From Eledone cirrhosa (lineage: Eukaryota): 64,000 nt of DNA. The number at the start of each line of letters is the position of its first letter. Position 1 is the stretch's first letter. The DNA lies in NCBI GenBank assembly GCA_964016885.1, contig OZ024740.1, positions 298,406,001 through 298,470,000 of the forward strand. Direction: 5' to 3'. This document shows positions 37,156-49,780 of this stretch, in pieces. Under the pieces are notes generated by a model that did no database searches, had not been told where the DNA came from, and saw only the letters and a program-made list of their open reading frames with translations. The translations under genes and the position numbers were made by a program.

Positions 37156-37995
37156 ATATATATATATACACACATCATCATCATCATCGTTTAACGTCTA
37201 TGTTCCACGCTAGCATGGGTTTAGACATATAAATATATATATATCATCATCACTGTTTAATGTCCATTTTTCCAAGCTGGCATGGGTTAGACGAGTTGTC
37301 CTGTTATGAGAAATGCTAGGTCAGGTGATCATGCCTTGCTCATACAGAACTGATTTGGATTCTACAGCTAAAGGCCCTTTCAACGGCAAACCGATGTACA
37401 GTGAGTACTGGGTGCTTTTCGTTGTGATACCTACACGACCACTTTACAGTGTGGGCTGGAGGCTTCACTAGATGTATGCTTCAGCCTGTCCTCATAGGAG
37501 ATGTATGGTAGGGAGGGGTGGAGGTGGGATGGTGCATACTCTATGTATGTCTTAGATATATTCTTGGAAAACAACAAGAATGTCTTTGATCATAGATCTG
37601 TCAAATTAAGTGTAACATATGGCTAAACAATAATAGGACTATTTTTCTTTTTACTACTTTTTGGGTGAGTGTTGTGCTTTCTATCCTCTAGTTAATAGTA
37701 TCAAACTCTACCACAGCTAGGCTAGTAACTTTAGACAAGTTACAATCATTAATACTCTTGTTTTTTAATCTAATTATCTGAACTATACTTGTTGCACACA
37801 TAGAAAGAGGGGGTGAAATAGAAAGAAGGAAAGAGAATAGTGAGAAAAAAAGCTAGAGAAAGGAAAAGAGAGAGAAGACACAGGTAGGAGGAATGGATAA
37901 AGAAAGAAAAAGTGAAAAACGGGTAAAGAACAAAATGAAATAAACATACTAAGAGGGCAAGAAGTAGAAACAAAAAACAAAAAAAAAGGTCTTAC

Positions 37996-38127
37996 CTGGC
38001 CGGTGCTGGGTGATAATGTAGCAAATGTAGTGACCTGATACAAGGCACTACCAGATTCATTACGTGGTCCGAAATTTATTGTTTCATCGGCACCAAATGC
38101 AGAATGTAACTCATCCCAGCAAGACAT
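37996..38127 (-). CDS. KNTC1: KNTC1 first coding exon (MSCWDELHSAFGADETINFGPRNESGSALYQVTTFATLSPSTGQ)
   Basis: ATG 4 nt downstream of a ttccatag acceptor, GTAAGA donor; resembles the KNTC1 N-terminus (GSRKEHGTALYQV). Confidence 0.93.
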
Positions 38128-39339
38128 TTTCCTATGGAATGGAGAACAAATTAAAATGAATTTTATATATTTTTTTATTTGGAGCTTGTGAATCCCTCAC
38201 TAGTTATTACTCCAAACTTTTGACTGCCATTCAGGCACCTGAATGGATGCATATTTGCAGGAAACATGGAGTAGTGATTGGGGCAATCAGCAACTTTGAA
38301 TGAATAAATTAACTACATGTATTAGGTACTTTTTCTCTTGTCTGTACACACACACACACGCATATATATCTATATATGATGATGATGATGATGGCTGCAA
38401 ACTTGATTTTGAGTAATCCCATCGCTTGATACTTAAGCATAAGCATCACGGACGCTGCTTTTTAGTCCTGCTAGGGACTTGCCTATGGCCAGCAATGCCA
38501 TGCATCACAAAAAAATGTCACATATCAAGCAATGCGTGTGCTTGAAGCTTTTTTTAAGTGAGGAAAGGCTTTACATGTGGCCAATCCCACTCTCTGAACA
38601 TCAAATGTATTTACCCCAAAAGTAAAACTGGTCTACATCATTGGATGAAAACAATGAGAGATGTCTTAATGGAGACTAGGAGTCTCTCGCTCCACAAAAA
38701 ACAAAAAAAAAATCTTTACTGGATGGCTGTCGACTCTCCTGAATTCCTCTGCCAAGTTTTGTTTTTTTATCCCACAGGGTGTCCAAAATCACCCTCCTCA
38801 TCAAGCAAGCTTGGTGAGGTTGCCAGTTTAGTCACTGACAACCCAGCCATTGCACAAGTTGTACTGAGTTACATGTTACCAGTATATATACACACACACA
38901 TAAGGGTCATCTGAAAAGTCCATAGGCTAACAGAGGTTTATTTTTTAACATGGATCCTAGAAAGAAACAATGCAGTTAATAAGAAGAAATGAAATTAATG
39001 TATGTAAGATTTCACAGCTCTTGCATCGCTCCTTCATAGCCAGCCTATGAACTTTTCAGTTGATCCGTGTGTGTATGTGCAGATTTAGTATATTTAAAGA
39101 CAAAACATAGCTTACTAGCAATGACTTCAAACAAAAGAGGGCATGTTTTCCTAAAATGGTTTGCACAATACAAATGTTAAGAGTGGCATAGATAGGTCAT
39201 TAAAATAATCATTATGCAACAAGATTTTGGGTTCAATCTCACTCAATGGTTCTTGGGCAAATATGTGCTACCATGGAACAGTGAGAGAAGTATGTAGATA
39301 GAAGCTGCAGAAGCCTACAATATACATACTTGTGTACTC

Positions 39340-39698
39340 TGTATCTACCAGGAAGTTGTGCTGTGTCTATCTACCAGGAACTCGTGCCGTGTCCTCTCTC
39401 TAATTGGAAGCTGTGTCGTGCATCTACCGGGAAGCCGTGTCATGCATCTACCGGGAAGCCATGCCGTCTACCTACTAGGAAGTCGTGTCATGTATCTACC
39501 AGGAAGCCGTGTCATGTATCTACCAGGAAGTTGTGTCATGTATCTACCAGGAAGCTGTGTCATTAATGAACCAGAAGTTGTGTCATCAATCAACCAGGAA
39601 GCTGTGTCATCAATCAACCAGGAAGTTGTGTCATTAATCAACTAGGAAGTTGTGTCATCTATCAACCAGGAAGTCGTGTCGTGTATATACCAGGAAGT
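39340..39698. repeat. 24-bp minisatellite (ccaggaagccgtgtcatgtatcta)
   Basis: About 14 drifting units. Confidence 0.9.
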
Positions 39699-39709
39699 TC
39701 GAATATGAC

Positions 39710-40040
39710 TTCCAAGCCAGTTGGAAACGACTAGATTTGTAAAAAAAAAAAAGCAGGGTGAAAGGGGGGAAAAAAGACGATCGAAATTTCGCGTTTGGGG
39801 AGAAATAATTATTTTCCCTCAATTTTTTTCTTAGATGCTTGCAATAATTTTTTTCCAGGAAACGGAAATCCTAAAACATGAAAAAAGGTTTATTGAAAGC
39901 ATCTAAAAAAAAAAAAAAAAAAAAAAAAATCGAGGAAAGATAATTATTTCCCACCAAACGAGGTGTGGATATCTGCGAAACTCTAATGGTCTTTTCGCCC
40001 TACTTTTTCTACAAATCCAGTCGTTTCCGACTTATTTGGA
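39710..40040. mobile_element. MITE-like fold-back element
   Basis: ttggaaacgactagatttgta at the left pairs with tacaaatccagtcgtttccga at the right; further internal inverted segments. Confidence 0.55.
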
Positions 40041-40312
40041 TGTCATATTCGTTGATAACACACGCAAAAAACTCCGAGGAGAACCACCCTCTTCGTTCCC
40101 CAGGAAAAAAGTTGATTGCCAACATCTTGGAGGCTAGATAGCACACGAAAAAGACGTAGAAAAATGTTTTTTCCCACTGAAATCGAGTGGGGTGCTCTAT
40201 AATAATTGTTTCTACTTTAGGCACAAGGCCAGCAATTACCCAGTGCTTTACTGGTACTTTATTTTATCGACCCCGCAAGGATGAAAGGCAAAGTCAACCT
40301 CGGCGGGGTGCT

Positions 40313-40497
40313 CTATAATAATTGTTTCTACGTTAGGCACAAGGCCAGCAATTACCCAGTGCATTACTGGTACTTTATTTTATCGACCCCGTAAGGATGA
40401 AAGGCAAAGTTAACCTCGGCGGGATTTGAACTCAGATCGTAAAGGGACGTAACTATGCTGGAAAGCATGGCGTCCGACGCTCCACCGATACTGCCAA
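40313..40497 (-). mobile_element. SINE (second family), preceded by a partial tandem copy at about 40197-40306
   Basis: Reverse complement of 40712-40889; B-box-like gagttcaaatcc. Confidence 0.85.
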
Positions 40498-40711
40498 TCC
40501 AGTACTCTGGATGGGGTGCTCTATAATAATAATACCAAATTTTGACGTTTAAAAGTGGGTTACGGTGCAAAAGTGCATGATTAGAATGAAAATGCCATTT
40601 TTTCTGCATGGCCAACCCGTAAGAGTTAATATAAGATCGTTATAATAAAAAAAGTTTACGTTATCTTCCTGAAAATAAATGAACAGCAATGAAACAATAA
40701 TCAACGTTTAT

Positions 40712-40889
40712 GGCAGTATCGGTAGAGAGTCGGACGCCATGCTTTGCAGCATAGTTACGTCCATTTACGATCTGAGTTCAAATCCCGCCGAGGTTAACTT
40801 TGCCTTTCATCCTTACGGGGTCGATAAAATAAAGTACCAGTCATGTACTGGTTAATTGCTGGCCTTGTGCCAAAAGTAGAAACAATTAT
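40712..40889 (+). mobile_element. SINE (second family)
   Basis: ggcagtatcggtagag...gagttcaaatcccgccgagg...gtcgataaaataaagtaccagt; partial copies at 28670-28790, 47140-47255 and 53810-53945. Confidence 0.85.
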
Positions 40890-41489
40890 TTTTTTTATTT
40901 AACTTTATGTAACTTATGCTTTGTTAAAATTTAATGAATAGTTTTTTTTTAAAATTCATAACTAATGAATTTATTGAACAGAAGTTATACATTGATAAAA
41001 ATAAAAGGAAAGAGCCGATCTGGGTGTATAGGAAAGTAAAGTAAACAACTATAAATGCCAAATTTAATTCGAATAGAAATAATGATATATTTATTGTTAT
41101 AATAATAATAAAGAATTTATAAAAGAATAAATCGCATTAGGTTTTGCAAAACGCTGTTTTTATATGGCATCTTTTATAAGTGATTAAAACAGAATTTCAA
41201 TGTCTGTTGAATGTTTTACATCGAAACCAGCTGGTACGTGTTTATATTTTCATTCTGTTGGAAGTATCCATAAAGTATTGTATATATTATTTGTGCCTGT
41301 ATTTTAATTTTTAATTATGTAAGCATCATATTATTATATTTATATTGTTTATAGAATAACACTGACATTAACCTGAAAAACTATATCAGCCGAAACAAAA
41401 GTAATACTTAAGAAAAAAATTCTATTTGCGAAAGCAGAACATTCAACAGTTCGTTAATAGCAACAAAGGAGAAAAAAATCCATAATTAC

Positions 41490-41690
41490 CTGCTTAAGAA
41501 AAAGGTACGATGAAAATTCCCGGTATTTGTTTCTGTGTAAAGGATATATCAAGTCTCCTTATGTAACAAATACTGTGAAGATAAAATAAACACTTCGTTA
41601 TAGTACAGTCTTTAAGAATCCCGCCATATATTTAGAAGTCTCACCTAAGTCTCGTTTCAGTCGCGAGAATTTGCAGACTAGTTTATAACT
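41490..41690. promoter_or_regulatory. Putative bidirectional promoter and KNTC1 non-coding first exon (donor CAG|GTAATT at 41490/41489)
   Basis: The first coding exon of KNTC1 has an acceptor and so needs an upstream exon; repeat-free, CpG-containing segment just upstream of the PNPT1 ATG; motifs CCGCCAT (41621) and TCGCGAGA (41661). Confidence 0.6.
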
Positions 41691-41875
41691 ATGGCCGGGT
41701 CCGTAATTAGAACACGTGCGGCCTTTACTCACTTCGCTAACCACCGACAACAAGCGGTCACTGCTGCCTTTCTGAAATCACTTCTTCGACAATGTCGATG
41801 TTATTCAAACAAGTCGACGACTGCTTGGCAGAAACGTAGTAAACATGGAGAAATTGATGTGGAAATTGGGACGAG
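41691..41875 (+). CDS. PNPT1: PNPT1 exon 1: Arg-rich, acid-poor mitochondrial presequence followed by GEIDVEIGTR
   Basis: ATG at 41691, donor AG|GTGTGT phase 2, joins in frame to exon 2; resembles AVAVDLGNR. Confidence 0.88.
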
Positions 41876-43191
41876 GTGTGTTTATGTCTGTCTTTCTAGC
41901 TCTCTATACATATAATTTTTCTGTGTTGTTGTGTGAATCGTTAACCAACTGAATTTTCGATTCCCAGTTGAAACTATTTCTTGGAAAGACATGCATGTCA
42001 CAACTTCCCATTATCTTTCTGTAAAAAAATCCATTACTTTTATGTAAAAGAATCTCCCACGCTTTGTTGTCATTGCTATGTTTCAATGACATCTCTACAG
42101 GGGTCTGTTGTTTTTTTCCTTTTTAGCGAAAATAAAATATTTTGTTTCAAACGTTTCAACTAGCACTCGTACTATTTAAACTGCTAATTGAATTATCAAT
42201 TAGAAGTGCTTTTCAACTTAAAAAAAAAAAAATGTTACTTCCTATTTTTATTACTAAATTTAGAACTTTTAGAAGTTTGTATTCACTAATTATGGAAGAA
42301 TAAGCCTTCGATATGTAAACATGTTTCTCAGCGTAAGGTATACAAACTATTCTGATGTGAAAAAAAATCACCAACTAAACACGACAAAATTTATTTGAAA
42401 CTTATTTTTAATTAAGACTTTTAATTATCTCATATATTCGGAGGGGTGGGAACTGTGATATTGTGGTCGTAGTTTATTCAATAATTTCTTTTGTCTTTCT
42501 TATCAATCTTCTTTCTATTTCTTAATAAACATTCAAACCAATCTAAGTGGATTTCAATAGCGTTCACGAATTTATTGTACTGTGTGGAGAGAAAAGGGCA
42601 CAACCAATTTGGTGCAGGGGGCCCTCATGGTGACTGGTATCCTGACCCAAACTATTTCTGTTTCCTGTGACGGCAAACTAATCTATTTCATTTGAAGAAC
42701 TCTATTGGCGTTACAGACGTTTGAATGTTTGAGTAAGTAGATTTAAAATTAGAACCAAAAATGACAGCCTATATATATATATATATATATAGCGAAAGAG
42801 AGACACACACAATGTGAAGGAACCCGGCTTAAAACAATGAAGTGCGATATACATGGCAACTCAGCGCATGTTTTTATCGTATTCAGAGTTTAATGATGGT
42901 ATCCCACGAAATTCTTGAGTACGGTGAAAACAATGCTTAGTTACCATGTATTTTAAGTAATTAAAGTACCTCTATGTTTACATATCGCGTGCTTATTCTT
43001 CCATAATTTCAAATCATACTTAGATACAATTTTTTTATTCGCAATTGTATAAATAACTACAAATAAATGCATTGTATAAATAACTATAAATAACTACAAA
43101 TATAATGCATAAAAATATATGAGCAAAGGAAGAAAAAAAAAACGGCCATCAATACTCCACCAAGTGCGTCATTCGGTCACACACCACAGGG

Positions 43192-43381
43192 TCAACCAAA
43201 AATTTTGAAGCAACCCAAAATGCTTGCAGCATTACCGTGTGTGATGGCAAGGCTAAGACGCTGAAACATCCAAGCATCTTTACGGGCATCACCTGACACC
43301 TCGTTAAGGCAAGGTGCCAATGATGACAAAAACTTCACTGTCAGCAGCCCAAGTCCACCTAATGTCCCAAATGTCACAGGC
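43192..43381 (-). mobile_element. CRE-like (restriction-like endonuclease) non-LTR 3' fragment
   Basis: PVTFGTLGGLG...GDARKDAWMFQRLSLAITHGNAASILG resembles the typical CRE C-terminal QRLS-x-A-x-QRGNAAS motif. Confidence 0.65.
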
Positions 43382-43528
43382 TGGAAAAAATAGTCCAATA
43401 GAATATTCAATATATAATACATCTCAGTCAGTATGAGAAGTACATGTAAGCCTATGCTTTTGTAATACAGTAGTATTACAAAAGCCTTAGAGTGCTTTTA
43501 GTAAATTAGAAGCGGTACCCAAGGAAAG

Positions 43529-43774
43529 ATGAAAGAGGCCAAAGCAGTAATCAGAAGAAGGGAGGTAGGTGTAAAAGCCAAACTAGCTATCTTCAATTCG
43601 ATATTCATGCCAGCCCTTATGTATGGTCATGAATCTTGGGTAACAACTGAAAGAATAGAATTACAAATACAAGTGGCCAAAATAGGGTTCCTCCAAAGGG
43701 TCTTTGGAGAAGCGTTACTTGATAGAGTATGTAGCTTGGAGATCAGAGAGTCACTCCAGGTAGAGCCGCTATAA
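43529..43774 (+). mobile_element. RTE/Expander-like LINE fragment
   Basis: KAKLAIFNSIFMPALMYGHESWV...LLDRVCSLEIRESLQVEPL. Confidence 0.7.
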
Positions 43775-43948
43775 GAGAAGCAGAAAAAGAATAAAGGATA
43801 TACATCTCAGATAATTAATATTTGAATGTGTTCAGTTTTCTACTGTTGTTAGTTGAATATGTTAACAAGACTTATTGTAATAGAATAAGCAAAATATAAT
43901 ATTGTCAGTTCGCCTTCATTCTATATTTCTCATTTTCTTTTCTTCTAG

Positions 43949-44009
43949 GACATTAAAAATAACTACAGGTAAATTTGCTAGATTTGCTGATGGTGCAGCA
44001 ATGGCTGAG
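43949..44009 (+). CDS. PNPT1: PNPT1 exon 2 (TLKITTGKFARFADGAAMAE)
   Basis: tag/GTATGT, 61 nt; PNPase GKLARFADG motif. Confidence 0.96.
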
Positions 44010-46261
44010 GTATGTATTAAGATATATACACATTAGTAGACTTTCTCTAGTTGAACTTAAACATCAACTGCATTATCCTTCAAGGTCTGTGCTTCATAGA
44101 CTTTGGGAGTGCTATATGTACAGCCCTTAAATATTAAAAACAAGTTTTTGAGCAAATTCCTGACAATCCTGTTCTGAATGCTCACAACAACAGTCTCTCC
44201 TCTCACATTTCATCAAACCATGCAAAGGAATAGCCCATAGATGGTTTACAATATCCAGAGAAGTCAACTATTATGACCTGCTAAGTGGTAGTCATTTATT
44301 TGCCAGCTCAAATCATACAAGATCTCTCAGAAAGCAACTGTAACTCAGTTTCTTTTTTCTAGTGGTACGATATACAAACATATTCTAAATTTATAGCCAA
44401 AATTGATGATATTTCTCAGGCTTTTTAAAGAAATATTGCTGAACAATTATTTAATGTGATCAGAAAAAATTTCTTTTGAATTTTATCATGTATATAACAA
44501 ATATTTCTTTACCTTTTCTACAAATATATTTCTTACATGATTATGTACATATCATCACCATATTAACATCTATTTTTCCACACTAGCATGGGTTAGACAA
44601 CTTGTCCTGTTGTGAGACAAGCCACATCAGATGACTCTTGCTCATACAGAATGAGCGGGGGTTGAGTGAAAAAATTTGAAAAATTGATAAGCGGTTGTGA
44701 GTGAGGCGATCATTTAAAACCCAAGAGTAGCAGTATGATTCCACCAATTATATCACTTTTAAGTTCTGAAAGCTTTTGTTATGCATCCATGTTAATACTG
44801 CCGCAACTGCTATTTTCTCCCTCCCTCAATAATTTCGTGTCTTTTTGCCTATGTATGATATTAATTGAAATATTGGAGTTCACTTCATTCTGGGATTGTT
44901 AAAGAAAATAACAGTAGTATATTGAGGATGACTCAATCACATATAGGCATAATGAAAGAATATTTTTGAATAGTGTTGTGCATACTTGTGGTTTCTGTTC
45001 AAGTGTATGTAGGAATTACTCCCCTTAACATAACCTAACCACTTATTTGTATTTGGTTAATGTAAAGCAAGGGAGGCTACTTAATGCTTACGTCACACTC
45101 AATTTATATCCATACTGATTAAATACATAGTTTTACAAATTATAAATAGATACACAAAATAAGGGGCCATGCTCTTGCTTGGTGGGGTAAGACTTAATCC
45201 ACCACCTGATTCATATCCGTCTTGTATCTGAAAATTACTTCCAACTAGTCTTAGAGGTCCTGAAAAGGGCCAGGAGCATAGCCATTTCATCTCTGATTTG
45301 ACAGCAAACAAAAAAAGTTTTTTTTTTTTTGACGATATTATGCTCTGTTTTTGATCATATACATACGTCTGTTTAATTTTAATTTCCATGTTACCAATGA
45401 TGGTGAATATTGCAAATTATTGGGGCAAATATCTACACAATTGTTAAATAAAAACTGCGGTAATTTTTCTAGGATGTTCCTGTTGAATTTTTTAAAAACC
45501 AGAATTAGTCGTCTAGTTTACATATTGAAACACCAACCCATCCTATTTATTTTATAACATATGGGATATATAGTAATGTCCTTTTTTTGTCATGTATAAC
45601 GTTTTTTTAATGTCTAAAGAAAATTAATTGCTACAGGAATGCTACCACTTAAAATAAAATTTCGCCAGAGATAGATTAGCAAAATTTAATAAACAGGGGT
45701 GGGTCGTGGAAAAAAATCTGAAAAATTATTAAGTGGAGGAGGGGGGGGGGGTATTATTTGAGACCTGAGAGTAGATATTGGTGATCTTTTTCATTTAAAT
45801 TAGTGCAGATTTGTGAATGGTGGGCATACATGATTAATCATAGACTGTAATCATCCTGTTGTTTTGTTGAACCTAGGACTACATTATCTTTGTTACATCA
45901 CATCTTTAAAAATACATACACATGGCTTAGTGGCTACTTAGTGGCTAGAGAGTTGAGCTCACAATTGTAAGATTGAGTTTGAATCCCAGACTGGACGGTG
46001 CATTGTATACTTAAGCAAACCACTTTATTTCACATTGCTCCAGTTAACTCAGCTGTAGAAATGGGTTGTGAAGTCACTGGTGCCAAGCTGTATCTGCCTT
46101 TGCCTTTCCCCTGGACAACATCAGTGGCATGAAGAGGGGGAAACTGGCATGCATGTGTGACTGCTGGTCTTCCACACTCATACCTTGCCCAGCCTTGTGC
46201 CTTGGATGGGAACTCTCCAGGTGCAAAACTATCATCATTCATGACTGAAGAGGGCCTTATA

Positions 46262-46300
<39 letters not shown>

Positions 46301-46435
46301 AAAGTTAAACAAGGTTCAATGAATACATCAAAGAATGAGTTTTACAATAGATTGGAAGCACTCAACAGAAGGTTTTCCAGAGTTATTAATATTAATTCAA
46401 AATATTAACAAAATAGATATTCTTGTGATCAATTA

Positions 46436-46502
46436 TATTTTATTATACATATTTCAGAGGTACTGAGTTAAGTTTAACAGTACGTCCTCATCAGATAAAA
46501 TA
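46436..46502 (-). ncRNA. Hammerhead ribozyme motif, same family as 7879-7945
   Basis: Minus strand: UAUUUUAU CUGAUGA GGACGUACUG...CAGUACCUCU GAAA UAUGUA UA AUAAAAUA; only the stem II loop differs. Confidence 0.72.
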
Positions 46503-46658
46503 GGATGATGCATGACATCATATATATATATATATATATAAACACACACACACATATAGAGAGAATTAGAAGTTTGAAAGCTATGACAATGTGTGACTTT
46601 CAAACTTCAAATTCTTTATACCATATAGAATGCTTTAAGTAAACTACAAATTTCTCCT

Positions 46659-46704
<46 letters not shown>

Positions 46705-46887
46705 CTTTTTACTACAGACTGCCTTTTATTTTCTTTATCTATCCTTTGTGATCCTGTCTCTATTTTTGTACTCCCGAAGCAGGGCTAAAGCCCAAGGCGT
46801 TGAATTTTCTTTTCCCTTTTCCTTTTAAATTGTAAGAACTTCAATTTATAATGGAATATTTCAACTAAATCTTGAATTTCGTTTCAG

Positions 46888-46962
46888 TTTGGTGGCACAG
46901 CAGTACTAGTGACAGCAGTGAGCACAGATAAGATGTCCACTTCTGGATTTATGCCACTAACA
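46888..46962 (+). CDS. PNPT1: PNPT1 exon 3 (FGGTAVLVTAVSTDKMSTSGFMPLT)
   Basis: cag/GTAAGT, 75 nt; RNase PH domain GxTxVLVTAVS...FMPL. Confidence 0.96.
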
Positions 46963-47814
46963 GTAAGTATATTTCATCAAGATGCTTTTTAAGCTTTGAT
47001 TTCTGGTTTTCAGACTTTCATTTTGAGTGTGTTTTTGACACATCTTTGATCAGTAGTGTTCTTTCCATTGATCTTCAGGTGATATTTCTGAGCGAGGCCA
47101 AGGTTTGAATCTGGGACTTTTATAATAATAATAATGAAAATAATTGTTTCTACTTTTGACACAAGGCCAGCAATTATCCACTGCATTACTGGTACTTTAT
47201 TTTATCGACCCCGTAAGGATGAAAGGCAACATTAACCTCGGCGGGATATGAACTCATGAAAATAATGAAAATTATTGTGTACAGTGCTCAGGTGCACTAC
47301 AACTCGTCAAAGGTGCATGTATAGTACATAGAATAATGGTTGTGTCTGATGTTCTACTCACCTGCTTATTGTCTTGGTGGACATAAGCGCTCTCATTTTA
47401 AGCTACTTGAGCATTAGTTTTTGTCATATACTTAGATTTCAATTGTAGTTGAAGAGTTGATTAACACAGGGTAGTACAGTTTCAAGCAAGTTAACTGAAG
47501 CAGATTGTAGATAAATCAGTCATCATCATCACCACTACCAACATACCATCATCATCACCATGCACCATCCGCTTTCCCTGCTAGCAAGTATTGATATATC
47601 ATAAAGGTGGTGCATTGGCAGAATCACTAGAACATCAGACAAAATTCTTTGGAATATTCATTCTGGCTCTTTATGTTCTGAGTTCAAATCTCACCAAGGT
47701 CAGCTTTACCTTTTATATTTTTATGGTTGATAAAATTATGTACTGTGACCCTGTGCTTATGTAAAAAATCAATATTAATATATCACATATTAACATATTG
47801 TAATATAAAATATG

Positions 47815-47919
47815 TTTTGATTGCTTAGCTTTAGACCAATCTTTTGATCTTTTGATTGCTTAGCTTTAGACCAATCTTTTGATCTTTTGATTGCTTAGCT
47901 TTAGACCAATCTTTTGATC
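47815..47919. repeat. 35-bp tandem triplication
   Basis: ttttgattgcttagctttagaccaatcttttgatc three times. Confidence 0.9.
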
Positions 47920-48656
47920 AAATGCATTCCATCCATGATCATCCCATCTTTTTGCTCAGATATCAAGTACTTTATCTAATGTGTTCTTTTTTTAAGATGG
48001 TAGGGTGTGGTTTGAAAGAGATTTAGCTGTTATTTTAGTAGGCCTACTGACCATATACAAGCTTCCACAAAAGCTTGTGATGGTAGTTGTTGAATACCTG
48101 GGCACAGAATTAGAATTATTGGGATTTATTGTAGAGAGTTTCTTTAAAAAGATGACATTTTGGATAAACATAAAGTGTTACTTGATATGTTGTTGTTTAT
48201 CTCTGAATTAGGGCCTGGTTGAGTAGGTCTGTTATTATAGTCATGACTATCTTATCTTTTTGTATAGCTAGAATTCATTGTTAAATATTTCCTTATTTAA
48301 CATAGTAGATTATGATTTGAGGGCATTTCATTGTTATTTCTAGCAGGCTGAGTTACTGCAGAGAGGTTCTGTAATTGGCTTGGATTATTTAATATATTTA
48401 GATAAGGTCACTTGATAAGTTCATGTCTGCATTGTTTTTCTTTTTTTGTCTTTTGCTGGTACTATCAGTTGGTTGCAACTTCTGACAGAAGACCAGGAGT
48501 AAACTATGTTATACTAAATAGAACTGGTCAATAAAGCTGCCAGTTAATTTATAGTTTGGAAAAGTTGTGTATCAAATCATTCATGATGATACCTGTCTTT
48601 ATTTTTTAATTTGATTTTAAAATATATTTAAATGTTCACTTTTCTATTGTTTTCAG

Positions 48657-48762
48657 GTAGATTTCCGACAGAAGTCTGCAGCTGCTGGTCGTATACCTAC
48701 CAATTATTTACGAAGAGAAATTGGTAGCACGCAAGAAGAAATATTAACTAGTAGAATGATAG
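48657..48762 (+). CDS. PNPT1: PNPT1 exon 4 ([35 protein letters not shown])
   Basis: cag/GTTAGA, 106 nt; signature [13 protein letters not shown]. Confidence 0.98.
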
Positions 48763-49780
48763 GTTAGATTTCTAATATTTGATAATATTTACTATTTATT
48801 TCAATTTCAGAGTTTCCTTGTTTAGTAACAGACTTGATTGTATGTTATAGTTGAAACAGTCACATTGTGATAATAATTTAAAATACGAATATACTATTAT
48901 ATTCTTGGCTATTATATGCTATTATATATATTTGGCGCTATGCAGTAATACAGAAGACCCGCCTTGCCTAAGTACAAAGCGAAACCTATACCCCCACCCC
49001 CATCTACACAACCCCTTTTGATGTAAAGTTATGTTGGTGCCACAACATACAGTCCTAAATAAATGAGGTCGTGTAGGTGTCACGACAAAAAAAACACACA
49101 GTCCACGCTGTAATGTGGCCGTGTAAAAACCTCTGTCGACACTGTAAACGTGGTTGGTGTTAGGAAGGGCATCCAGCCATAGAAAACCCACCAGACAGTC
49201 CTATACGAGCAAGACAGCCAATCTTGCCTCACGTGGGACAATGCTAGCGTGGAAGATAGACGTTAAACGATGATGATGATTCATTTTTATCAATTCAGAA
49301 ACATGAATAGACTATTATAGAGAGGTGGGGGTGAGAGGTCCTAGAATTGTGCCACGGTATGACAACGTCTTTAATGTTGGTGATCTACATCCAGCCAGAG
49401 AAACCTTGCCAAACAAAGTGTTGGGAGGACCCTTCAATCGTGTCAAGGACATGACAGCCTCCCTAGTTTTAGTGATCTACATGATAAATGCAACCAGTAC
49501 ACACTGTAAAGTAGTTGGTGATAGGAAGGGCATCTAGCCATAAAAAGGTTGCCAAACAAAGGGTTGGGAGGACTCTCAGTTGTGTCAAAGACACGACAAC
49601 CTCTCCTGTGCACTTCGTAGAACATGAGACTACATATGCAAGACGCAAATCCCTAGCCTGCCTGGGAGATCAGTGACTTTGCTTCAGTACAGATTTGGTC
49701 TGTATGGACCCATCCAACACTTGCTTGCAGGGAAAGTGGATGCTAAAATGATGATGAGGATATATATATATATATATATA

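Noticed and set aside
39116-39150. Possible extra 35-nt KNTC1 5'-UTR exon (tag...GTAAGC, minus strand)
   Set aside because: Weak pyrimidine tract; such sites are common by chance and untestable without transcripts.
39330-39645. Cys/His-rich repetitive ORFs
   Set aside because: Translations of the 24-bp minisatellite.
46770-46805. Hammerhead-like ccgaagcagggctaaagcccaaggcgtt
   Set aside because: The stem II hairpin is present but both catalytic boxes are mutated; not supportable.
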